43,613 nt of DNA from Chthoniobacterales bacterium. GTDB taxonomy: Bacteria; Verrucomicrobiota; Verrucomicrobiia; Chthoniobacterales; JAFAMB01. The stretch lies in assembly GCA_035483355.1 (NCBI GenBank), contig DATHPZ010000088.1, positions 1 to 43,613 on the forward strand, written 5' to 3'. Shown piece after piece: positions 17,368 through 25,729 of this stretch. The notes beneath the pieces are model-generated. The model saw only the letters and a program-made list of their open reading frames with translations, ran no database searches and was not told the origin of the DNA. The first letter of the stretch is position 1. Each line of letters opens with the position of its first letter. The translations under genes and the position numbers were made by a program.

Positions 17368-18657
17368 TTACGATCGATGACAAACTTCGATAATTGCCAT
17401 TTCAATCGCACCGATCGCCGTGTCTATTTCTTCAAAGGTCACACAGAGAGGCAACATGAGAACGATGACGTCGCCGATGGGACGTGTGAGCAGGCTGTGA
17501 CGGCGTGCGGCAAAGCATATTTGCGCTCCTACCCGGTCAAGGGAATCGAAAGAGTGTCCGTCACGCCGGGCAACTTCGATCCCCGCAATGAATCCGGCTC
17601 TGCGGATCTCGCGAACATTCGCCAGGCCTTGCAGCGCGTGCAATCGCTGGGCGAGATGTTCGATCTTCGGCTGCAACTTTTCCAGGACACGCTCCTCCTC
17701 AAAGACAGCAAGATTGGCCAGCGCCGCGGCGCAGCCCAACGCATTCCCACAATAGCTGTGGCCGTAGAAAAAGGTTTCGAGAGAGGAACCCAGAAATCCA
17801 GAAAAGACACGATCTGTCGTGAGAGTAGCGGCCAATGGGAGGTAACCGCCGGTCAATCCTTTGGCGAGCGCTAGAAAGTCCGGATAAACTTCGTCGTGCT
17901 GACAGGCGAAATATTTTCCAGTCCGTCCAAAGCCTGTCATGACCTCGTCGAAGATCAAGAGAACGCCGTGGTCATCGCACCACTGACGCAACGTTTTGAG
18001 GGTACCGACGGGCCAAAGCCGCATTCCAGCTGCGCCCTGGATCATCGGTTCGATGACCAAGCCGGAAATCTCCGAACCGTCAATCACGGCAAGACTCTCC
18101 ACCGACCCAATTCGAGTGACAGGAAATTGATGGAGCTTGAATCGGTCATGGAAGAGCGAAATTCCACCTAGACTGGAAGCGCCGAGCGTGTCTCCATGAT
18201 AGGCGTTTTCAAAGGAGATAAAACCCATCTTCCGTGGATGTCCACTCTGGAGGAAGTACTGGACTGCCATCTTGATCGCCACCTCAATCGCGGTCGAGCC
18301 GTCGTCTGAGAAGAACACTTTCGTTAACGAAGATCCGGGCAAAACCCCTACGAGACGAGTCGCCAACTCCACCGCATTGGGGTTCGTAAAGCCAAGAAAC
18401 GAGGTATGGGCTACACGGTCCAACTGCGCGCGGATAGCCCGATTCAGCGTCGGGTGACCATGTCCATGGATGTTTGTCCAGATGGAAGAATTGCCATCCA
18501 GGTAGCGTCTGCCGAGGCTATCTTCCAGCCACGCTCCGTTCCCGGCAACGAGCACAATTGGTTGGTGGCCCGGCGCAATCCAGTCACGCATCTGCGTGAA
18601 CGGATGCCACACGTATGCTTTGTCGAGTTGGATGAGGGTTTCGGTGTCGTATGTCAT
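17368..18657 (-). CDS. bioA: Adenosylmethionine-8-amino-7-oxononanoate aminotransferase
   Basis: 429 aa class-III aminotransferase. Motifs: VWHPFTQM at the N-terminus, LLIFDEVMTGFGRTG, and LAKGLTGGYLPL carrying the PLP lysine. Confidence 0.9.
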   Translation of the reverse strand: MTYDTETLIQLDKAYVWHPFTQMRDWIAPGHQPIVLVAGNGAWLEDSLGRRYLDGNSSIWTNIHGHGHPTLNRAIRAQLDRVAHTSFLGFTNPNAVELATRLVGVLPGSSLTKVFFSDDGSTAIEVAIKMAVQYFLQSGHPRKMGFISFENAYHGDTLGASSLGGISLFHDRFKLHQFPVTRIGSVESLAVIDGSEISGLVIEPMIQGAAGMRLWPVGTLKTLRQWCDDHGVLLIFDEVMTGFGRTGKYFACQHDEVYPDFLALAKGLTGGYLPLAATLTTDRVFSGFLGSSLETFFYGHSYCGNALGCAAALANLAVFEEERVLEKLQPKIEHLAQRLHALQGLANVREIRRAGFIAGIEVARRDGHSFDSLDRVGAQICFAARRHSLLTRPIGDVIVLMLPLCVTFEEIDTAIGAIEMAIIEVCHRS

Positions 18658-18682
18658 TCCTGTAACTTCCGAACTTCTGACC

Positions 18683-19708
18683 TCATGTCCCTTTCATCAA
18701 CGAAACCGCTATTTCTCGCACCAAACGGGGCCCGCGATAGACGAATCCGGTGTAAACCTGAACAAGGTCCGCTCCGGCGTCGAAACGCTCTTTGGCATCT
18801 TCCCCGTTCATGATACCACCGACAGAGATCACCGGAAGTGAACTGTGGCTTTTGATGTGACGTAAAAACTCCAACGAACGGGTGCGCAATGGCCTCCCAC
18901 TCAGGCCGCCCGGCCGACGTTTGTCTTCCGGAATGGCCTGCTGATCGATCGTCGTGTTCGTTGCGACGACTCCAGCCAGATGATATTGCTTCGCCAGTGC
19001 CAGGATATGATTCAGTTGTTCACGCGTCAGATCGGGCGCGATCTTAACCAGAAGCGGTTTCCCTTGATTTTGTTGCTGAATTGCTCTGAAAAGTTCATCG
19101 ATCGCTGTTTTTTCCTGCAATTTGCGCAAATCGGGAGTGTTCGGTGAACTCACATTAAGAACGAAATAGTCGCCCAGCCCCTGCAACCGCCGAAAGGATC
19201 GGACGTAATCGCTGGCAGCTTCCTCCAACGGGACAACCTTCGATTTTCCAATATTGATTCCAACCGGTATTTTCGGCCAATTCGATTTTTGTCGGAGTTG
19301 TTCCAGGCGCACCGCAATCTTTTCAGCTCCTTCGTTGTTGAACCCAAGTCGATTGATCAAGGCCTCCATCTCTGGAATTCGAAAAATTCTCGGGCGCGGA
19401 TTCCCGATTTGGCCTTGCGCCGTGATCGTTCCGACCTCGATGAAGCCGAATCCCAAGGCCTCCCAGGCAGGCAGCGCCAACCCGTTCTTGTCAAAACCGG
19501 CGGCTAGACCGATCGGGTTCGGAAAGCGGAGCCCAAACAATTCCCTGCTCAATTTTTGCTCGCCAGGACGGGGTACGAAATCGAGCAACCACGGGAACCG
19601 AGATAACCTCTCCAGGGCAGCAATCGCTATCTCGTGGACCACTTCCGGGTCGATGGTGAAGAGGACCGGTTTTAGGAAACGTTCGTAGAGCGACACGGCT
19701 TGGATCAA
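18683..19708 (-). CDS. pyrD: Dihydroorotate dehydrogenase (quinone), class 2
   Basis: 341 aa with the motifs GLAAGFDKNG, GFIEVGTIT, NVSSPNTP and GGLSGRPL. Confidence 0.9.
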   Translation of the reverse strand: MIQAVSLYERFLKPVLFTIDPEVVHEIAIAALERLSRFPWLLDFVPRPGEQKLSRELFGLRFPNPIGLAAGFDKNGLALPAWEALGFGFIEVGTITAQGQIGNPRPRIFRIPEMEALINRLGFNNEGAEKIAVRLEQLRQKSNWPKIPVGINIGKSKVVPLEEAASDYVRSFRRLQGLGDYFVLNVSSPNTPDLRKLQEKTAIDELFRAIQQQNQGKPLLVKIAPDLTREQLNHILALAKQYHLAGVVATNTTIDQQAIPEDKRRPGGLSGRPLRTRSLEFLRHIKSHSSLPVISVGGIMNGEDAKERFDAGADLVQVYTGFVYRGPRLVREIAVSLMKGT

Positions 19709-19793
19709 ATAAAACCCAGATTTCCCCTCTTACACCGACTTAATTAAACACGTGTTCGGACACCAATCCGTGAAATCGGCGGAATCCGAGTTT

Positions 19794-21131
19794 TCATTTT
19801 CCAATACAGAACTCGCTGAAGATTTTTCCCAGCAAGTCTTCCGTGTCAAGCTTGCCGACCACTTCACCCAGCGCGTCGAGGGCTCCGCGCAATTCGATCG
19901 AGATAAACTCCGGCGATTTGCCGTCCTGCAAACTTTGGCCGCCTGCCGCCAGGAGCTGTTTGGCGCTCTGGAGACAAGCCTGATGTCGCGCATTAATCGC
20001 CACTCGGACATCGGCAAGTTTAACCTTTTCACCCATCACTCGATCCCAGATCGTCTGGTTGAGATCTTCCAGGCCGGCTCTCTCTTTGCAGGAAAACCGC
20101 ACGCCGCTAAACTCGCGCCATTGCGGGTGGAGTCCGAGGTCACACTTATTGAGGAGAAGCACACTGTTGCGGTCATCAAAACCCTTCAAATTCGCCGGAG
20201 GCCTGCTGCCGTCCACGACCTGGATGACGAGATCGGCCTGTTCAACTTGCTGCTGAGTGCGCCGGATCCCTTCGCTTTCCACAAGGTCAGAGGACTCGCG
20301 CGCTCCGGCGGTGTCGATCAACCGAACCGGGATGCCGCGAACGTTGATCACCTCTTCGATCGTATCCCGCGTTGTACCGGGCACCTCGCTGACGATCGCT
20401 CGATCGTAGCCGAGCAGGAGATTTAGCAGGCTGGACTTGCCCACGTTGGGCGCGCCGTAGATAACAGTCCTTAACCCATGCCGAAGCACCCGACCCTGGT
20501 CGGCCGTGGCCAATAGGCGATCGAGTCGATTTTCCAACTCCAGAATCCGGTCGAGTAACGCTTTGCCTGTGTCCGGATCGATTTGTTCGTCCGGAAAGTC
20601 AATGTACGCCTCGACATGAGCCAAAGTGGTCAGCAAGAGCTCGCGAATATCGGTCAGCTCATTCCCCAGATGTCCTGCCAATTGCTCGTTGGCGGCGCGC
20701 AGCGCGAGTTCCGTCTGTGCTCGGATAAGATCCATGACGGCCTCGGCCTGGGTCAAATCCATTTTCCCATTCAGAAACGCCCGTTGAGTGAATTCCCCTG
20801 GATTTGCCATTCGAGCCCCGGCCGCCAAGAGCAGATCCAGCACCCGCCGAGTCACCAGAATTCCACCATGGCAACTGATCTCCACCACATCCTCTCCGGT
20901 ATAACTGTGCGGAGCTTGAAAATAAGTCACCAGAACCTCGTCAACTTTCCCGGCAGCATCGTGGATTTTCCCGAAAGCCACTTGGCGAGGAACAAATTTC
21001 TTGGGAGAGATTGCACCGTTAAATATTGGAGCGAGTACGGATAACGAGTCGCGGCCGGACAAGCGGATGACGGCAAGCGCTCCTTCGCCCATCGGGGTGG
21101 AGATTGCGGCAATGGTGTCTTCGAAAGCCAC
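19794..21131 (-). CDS. mnmE: tRNA modification GTPase MnmE (TrmE)
   Basis: 445 aa with the G domain [12 protein letters not shown] and DTAG, and the C-terminal FCIGK motif. The start codon is GTG. Confidence 0.9.
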   Translation of the reverse strand: MAFEDTIAAISTPMGEGALAVIRLSGRDSLSVLAPIFNGAISPKKFVPRQVAFGKIHDAAGKVDEVLVTYFQAPHSYTGEDVVEISCHGGILVTRRVLDLLLAAGARMANPGEFTQRAFLNGKMDLTQAEAVMDLIRAQTELALRAANEQLAGHLGNELTDIRELLLTTLAHVEAYIDFPDEQIDPDTGKALLDRILELENRLDRLLATADQGRVLRHGLRTVIYGAPNVGKSSLLNLLLGYDRAIVSEVPGTTRDTIEEVINVRGIPVRLIDTAGARESSDLVESEGIRRTQQQVEQADLVIQVVDGSRPPANLKGFDDRNSVLLLNKCDLGLHPQWREFSGVRFSCKERAGLEDLNQTIWDRVMGEKVKLADVRVAINARHQACLQSAKQLLAAGGQSLQDGKSPEFISIELRGALDALGEVVGKLDTEDLLGKIFSEFCIGK

Positions 21132-21141
21132 GGGAGAAATT

Positions 21142-21170
21142 AAACCACAGATGACACAGATTACACAGAT
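21142..21170. repeat. Left boundary of the GxxExxY cassette: three tandem 9-nt units (N)ACACAGAT
   Basis: Units are ccacagat (21145-21152), acacagat (21154-21161) and acacagat (21163-21170), followed by a T-run. The array is an inverted match to 21588-21606. Confidence 0.7.
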
Positions 21171-21195
21171 TTTTTTTATGTTATATTCAGTCGCG

Positions 21196-21555
21196 ATGGA
21201 TCACGAAACATACGATATTATTGGTGCTGCCTTAGCGGTTCATAGCAGTTTGGTACCTGGATTCTTGGAGGCCGTTTATAAAGAAGCTCTTTCTTTCGAG
21301 TTGGCCGAACGTGGGATTCCATTTTCTGGCGAGATTGAGATACCCGTTTTCTATAAAGGTAATAGGCTTAAAACCAACTATCGCTCGGATTTCATTTGCC
21401 ACGGCTCCACTATTGTCGAGCTCAAGGCGATCTCGAAACTCGGAGACCTTGAGATGGCTCAGGTTCTTAATTATTTGCCAGCAACAGGGTTCCGCAAAGG
21501 GTTGTTATTCAACTTCGACGCGGAAAGCCTTGAAAAACGGAGGCTCGTGATGTGA
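21196..21555 (+). CDS. GxxExxY family protein (of the type first seen in 23S rRNA intervening sequences)
   Basis: 119 aa with the typical N-terminus IIGAALAVHSSLVPGFLEAVYKEAL (the GxxExxY motif), followed by R.DFI....IVELKA. Confidence 0.8.
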   Translation: MDHETYDIIGAALAVHSSLVPGFLEAVYKEALSFELAERGIPFSGEIEIPVFYKGNRLKTNYRSDFICHGSTIVELKAISKLGDLEMAQVLNYLPATGFRKGLLFNFDAESLEKRRLVM

Positions 21556-21584
21556 CCCGAATCGTCACCGACCAACACAAGATC

Positions 21585-22694
21585 TTATTCTGTGCAATCT
21601 GTGGTTAATACCCGATCCAAATCTGCCAGGAATCTGTGGTTTTGTTCAGGTGTCCCAACAGTGACCCGGATCCATTGGGGAAGTTTGTACTCGTCCATCG
21701 CTCGCACAATCATCCCTCGTTTAAGCAGTTTTTGGAATACCTCTTTCCCATTGCGGACATTGACGAGGACGAAATTTGCCACGCTCGGAACATACTCCAG
21801 ATTGCGTTGACGGAACTCAGCCTGAAGAAAATCTCGCCCCTGCCTGACCATCTCCCTCGTTTTCGCCTGGTATGCTTCATCCCGCAGGCCGGCCAGCGCG
21901 CCAGCTTGCGCGATTGAATTGACGTTAAATGGCTGCCTGGTTTTATGCAGCAACCTGATCAGTTCTTCATGGGCCAATCCGTAACCGATTCGCAATCCCG
22001 CCAGGCCCTGGATCTTGGAAAAAGTGCGAAGCGCGATCACATTCGCGTGGTGGCGCAGATACTTCAAGCTGTCCGGCGGTTCAGGTAAGAATTCGTAGTA
22101 CGCTTCGTCCAAGGCCACGACAACGCTCCTCGGTACGCGGTCAATGAAACGGTCCAGCTCTTTTTCACTGACCATCGTACCGGTCGGATTATTGGGGTTA
22201 GCAATGTAGACAACTTTGGTCCGATCATTGATTGCGTCCGCCATCGCGGACAGGTCATGCGTCAAATTCGGATCTGGCACCCCGATGGTGTCCGCTCCGA
22301 ATAGTTTGGCCAAAATCTTGTAAACAACGAACGCATGCTCGGCGGTTACGATATTATCGCCCGGCTGCAGAAAGGCGTGCCCAAGAAACTCGATGATCTC
22401 GTTCGAACCGTTGCCGAGCATGACGTTATCGATGCTCACTCCAAATTTTTCGGCGATGCCGGCACGCAAATGATATCCGCCGCCATCCGGATAGAAATGC
22501 GCTTTCAGCAGGGCTTCCTGCATCGCCTCAAGTGCCATCGGAGAGGGCCCGAGCGGATTTTCGTTCGAGGCAAGTTTAACAATCTCACTCGGCTCCAGCC
22601 CAAGCTCCCTGGCAACGTCTTCAATCGGCTTTCCGGGGACGTAACTGACGAGATCGTGCAACCAGGGATTCGCTTTTTCAATAATCAGATTCAT
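21585..22694 (-). CDS. hisC: Histidinol-phosphate aminotransferase
   Basis: 369 aa class-II aminotransferase. Motifs: LASNENPLGPSP, NPNNPTG, and RTFSKIQGLAGLRIGY carrying the PLP lysine. Confidence 0.9.
   Translation of the reverse strand: MNLIIEKANPWLHDLVSYVPGKPIEDVARELGLEPSEIVKLASNENPLGPSPMALEAMQEALLKAHFYPDGGGYHLRAGIAEKFGVSIDNVMLGNGSNEIIEFLGHAFLQPGDNIVTAEHAFVVYKILAKLFGADTIGVPDPNLTHDLSAMADAINDRTKVVYIANPNNPTGTMVSEKELDRFIDRVPRSVVVALDEAYYEFLPEPPDSLKYLRHHANVIALRTFSKIQGLAGLRIGYGLAHEELIRLLHKTRQPFNVNSIAQAGALAGLRDEAYQAKTREMVRQGRDFLQAEFRQRNLEYVPSVANFVLVNVRNGKEVFQKLLKRGMIVRAMDEYKLPQWIRVTVGTPEQNHRFLADLDRVLTTDCTE
21588..21606. repeat. Right boundary inverted repeat of the GxxExxY cassette (inside the last codons of hisC)
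   Basis: The reverse complement of ttctgtgcaatctgtggtt is aaccacagattgcacagaa, which matches 21143-21161 at 16/19. Confidence 0.65.
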
Positions 22695-22834
22695 AAGCGT
22701 GAAGGACGCAATTCAGGTGCCAGCTGACATTAGGTGAATGCGTCGGATTTGTCTATCGGGTGTCGGTCCCGGAATGAGCATAGCGCCGAAGCACCACCGG
22801 GCATATCTTGCGGGAGAAAAGACCTACTGGAAGT

Positions 22835-23374
22835 ATGAAGAAGCTGTCTTTCGCTTTGTTCTGGTGCCTGATCAGTCTGGGTTTGACGGCGACCCTGTCG
22901 GCGGAGCTGGCTAACGTGCAGGTCAATTTTGTCAAACCGGAAAACTTCACTGACTTCCGAATTCAGGGACGTCAGGAAAATGTGTCCGCAAGGATATTCC
23001 GCGACCAGATTTCGGCCTATCTTTCGCCCATTGTCGCAAGGCGGTTTCCGGGAGACAGCCTGAACCTGAAATTCACGGATATCGATCTGGCCGGACGCAT
23101 TGATCTTTCCCGGACGCGACAGCTCAGTAATATCCGGATTGATCGCAACGTCGCGTCGCCGTTGCGGATGTATTTTGATTTTGCCCTGACCGATGCGAAG
23201 GGAAAGATTCTGGCCAGCGGTTCGAAGAGCCTGGTCGATCCGGATTATCTTTACCGGTACGCCTATTATTCTGAGCGAGCGAGGAGCGCCACCCTGTTTT
23301 ATGAAAAGGCGACCCTGGACCGCTGGATTGACACCCTCACTCTTTCCAAAGCGAAAGTTGCCGTTATGAAATAA
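22835..23374 (+). CDS. Secreted DUF3016-like protein
   Basis: It has a signal peptide, MKKLSFALFWCLISLGLTATLSA. The pattern V.F..PENFTD...DIDLAG recalls DUF3016 from memory. The antisense ORF at 22730-23440 was rejected. Confidence 0.6.
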   Translation: MKKLSFALFWCLISLGLTATLSAELANVQVNFVKPENFTDFRIQGRQENVSARIFRDQISAYLSPIVARRFPGDSLNLKFTDIDLAGRIDLSRTRQLSNIRIDRNVASPLRMYFDFALTDAKGKILASGSKSLVDPDYLYRYAYYSERARSATLFYEKATLDRWIDTLTLSKAKVAVMK

Positions 23375-23542
23375 GCTGATTCGGTGGTGTGAACCGAAAT
23401 CAATGGAGCCGATATCCAGGTGGACAGCGGCTGGGCGCAAATTTAATGGCAGTCCCTGGCGGGTGAATGTTTATTTACCGAACGTATTGTAATTATCATA
23501 TCTCTAGACTTCTGACCTTTTCCGTCGTATGCGGAAGCGAAG

Positions 23543-25729
23543 ATGAAGACACTCGCGCCTTGGCGTCCCGTGAATTTGCTCTGGCCAGGGCTGAACGCAG
23601 TATCGGCCGCCGCCTCGGTCGTCACGGCGATTCTGCTTCTGCGATTGATTCCTCGAATGGTTCCTTCAAAAAATTCTTCGGCGGGTCGAAGTCCGCTTCA
23701 AAATCCTCGTGATGCCTTGCACGCCAGCGAGGAACGCTTCCGCCTGCTCGTTGACGCGGTTTCGGACTACGCGTTGCTGATGCTCGACCCCAGCGGAAAC
23801 GTGGTCAGTTGGAATACCGGTGCGGAACGCATTAAAGGCTACAAGGCGGATGAAATCATCGGTAGACATTTCTCCTGCTTTTATCTGCCTGAGGCCATTG
23901 CCCGAGGCCATCCCGAAGCGGAACTGCGGATCGCCGCCACAGAGGGACGCTACACAGAAGAAGGCTGGCGGGTCCGCAAAGACGGGTCGCGCTTCTTAGC
24001 TGAAGTCGTCATCACGGCCATTCGGAACAACAACGGCGAGTTGGCCGGATTCGCGAAAGTAACCCGCGATATTACCGAACGACAAAAGTTCGATCAGCAA
24101 CTTCGAAAAGCAAAGGAAGCTGCTGAGTCGGCGGACGCGGCTAAAGGCAATTTTCTTGCCAACATGAGTCATGAGATCCGCACGCCGATGAACGGTGTAA
24201 TTGGCTTAACGGGTTTGATGCTCAATAGCGATTTGGACCCCCAGCAGCGCGAATTTGCCGAAACCATTCGGGCGAGCGGTGAGACGCTGCTTACCATTAT
24301 CAACGACATCCTGGATTTTTCCAAAGTTGAAGCAGGTAAACTTCTCATTGAACTCCTCGACTTTGATCTGATTGAAACCGTTGAAAGCAGCCTGGACCTC
24401 CTGGCCGAGACGGCTCACGGCAAAGGGATCGAGTTAGCTTGCGAAATCGCTCCCGACGTTCACGCAAGCTTGCGCGGTGATCCAGGACGGTTGCGGCAAA
24501 TCCTGATAAACCTCATCGGCAACGCTGTTAAATTCACGACCAATGGGGAAGTCTTGGTGCGCGTCAGCATGGCAAGTCAAACCGAGACGCATGCCACGGT
24601 GCAATTCGACATTAAAGATACCGGTGTTGGCATTTCACCCGGAGAGCAGGCCGCCCTTTTCAAGCCCTTCAGTCAGGCCGACGGTTCCACCACTCGCAAA
24701 TACGGCGGCACGGGCTTGGGCCTCGCGATCGCCAAACACTTGGTGTTCCTCATGGGAGGTCAAATCGGGATGGAGAGCCGGTTGCAAAAGGGTTCCAAAT
24801 TCTGGTTCACGGCCAAGTTTGAAAAACTGATGGCATCCGCAATGCCGCGGGACACGAAGATGGTTGGTGACCTGCGGGTGCTCATCGTAGATGACAATGC
24901 GACCAACCGGCAAATCTTGCGTCATCAACTTCTGGCTTGGAAGATGCGTCCGGATTGCGCAACCAGCGGCGAGGACGCTCTAAAAATGATGCGAACTGCG
25001 GCCTCGGAAGGGAGACCGTACGGCTTGGCGCTATTAGATTTTCAAATGCCTGAGATGGACGGTCTAGGGCTGGCACGGGCCATCAAAAGCGACCCGGTGA
25101 TCGGCCTTACCCGCCTGGTGATGTTGACCTCTTGCGGGCAACTATTAAGCACCGCGGAACTCCAGGAATTCGGTATCGACGCGTGCGTCGTCAAACCAGC
25201 CAAGCAATCGCGACTCTTCGATTGCCTAACCTTGGCCATCGATAGAATGACAAACCCAAACAGCTCCCCTGAAACCGTTGCCCCGAGGCCCGCCTCCTTT
25301 CCTTTTGAGGTCCCACCCCTGCTACTGAAGGCACGCATTCTTATCGCGGACGATAACCGCACCAACTGTACAGTTGCTTTAGGTCAAGTACGCGAACTTG
25401 GTTATACGGCGGAGGCCGTTGCAGATGGGTTGGAGGTGATAAGAGCCCAGGCGCAATTTTCCTACGATGTCATCCTGATGGACTGTCAGATGCCAGACTT
25501 GGACGGCTACGAAGCCACGAAAATAATTCGCAGGCGGGAACAAGCTCCGGAAGGACGTTGTCCTTGGAAAGCGCCCGTTCACATCATCGCGATGACGGCC
25601 CACGCGCTGCACGGCGATCGGGAAAAGTGCCTGGCGGCGGGAATGGACGACTACATTTCCAAACCGGTGAGGACTCACGAGCTCAAGTTAGCGCTGGAAA
25701 GGGCTCGCGGCGCAGGAACGGCCGTCTAG
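23543..25729 (+). CDS. Hybrid sensor histidine kinase (TM, PAS, HisKA, HATPase_c, REC, REC)
   Basis: Features in order: a PAS region (EERFRLLVDAVSDYALLMLDP), the H-box MSHEIRTPMNGVIG, the G-boxes DTGVGI and GGTGLGLAI, and two receiver domains (VLIVDDN...DFQMPEMDG and ILIADDN...DCQMPDLDG...KP). Confidence 0.9.
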   Translation: MKTLAPWRPVNLLWPGLNAVSAAASVVTAILLLRLIPRMVPSKNSSAGRSPLQNPRDALHASEERFRLLVDAVSDYALLMLDPSGNVVSWNTGAERIKGYKADEIIGRHFSCFYLPEAIARGHPEAELRIAATEGRYTEEGWRVRKDGSRFLAEVVITAIRNNNGELAGFAKVTRDITERQKFDQQLRKAKEAAESADAAKGNFLANMSHEIRTPMNGVIGLTGLMLNSDLDPQQREFAETIRASGETLLTIINDILDFSKVEAGKLLIELLDFDLIETVESSLDLLAETAHGKGIELACEIAPDVHASLRGDPGRLRQILINLIGNAVKFTTNGEVLVRVSMASQTETHATVQFDIKDTGVGISPGEQAALFKPFSQADGSTTRKYGGTGLGLAIAKHLVFLMGGQIGMESRLQKGSKFWFTAKFEKLMASAMPRDTKMVGDLRVLIVDDNATNRQILRHQLLAWKMRPDCATSGEDALKMMRTAASEGRPYGLALLDFQMPEMDGLGLARAIKSDPVIGLTRLVMLTSCGQLLSTAELQEFGIDACVVKPAKQSRLFDCLTLAIDRMTNPNSSPETVAPRPASFPFEVPPLLLKARILIADDNRTNCTVALGQVRELGYTAEAVADGLEVIRAQAQFSYDVILMDCQMPDLDGYEATKIIRRREQAPEGRCPWKAPVHIIAMTAHALHGDREKCLAAGMDDYISKPVRTHELKLALERARGAGTAV

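Noticed and set aside
22730-23440. 236-aa minus-strand ORF overlapping the DUF3016-like gene.
   Set aside because: It is antisense to a gene with a clear signal peptide and family-like motifs, and its translation is Arg/Gly/Ile-rich with no recognisable features. The same reasoning rejects the antisense ORFs at 15389-16189, 16635-17411, 19752-20426, 9040-9507 and 31058-31450.
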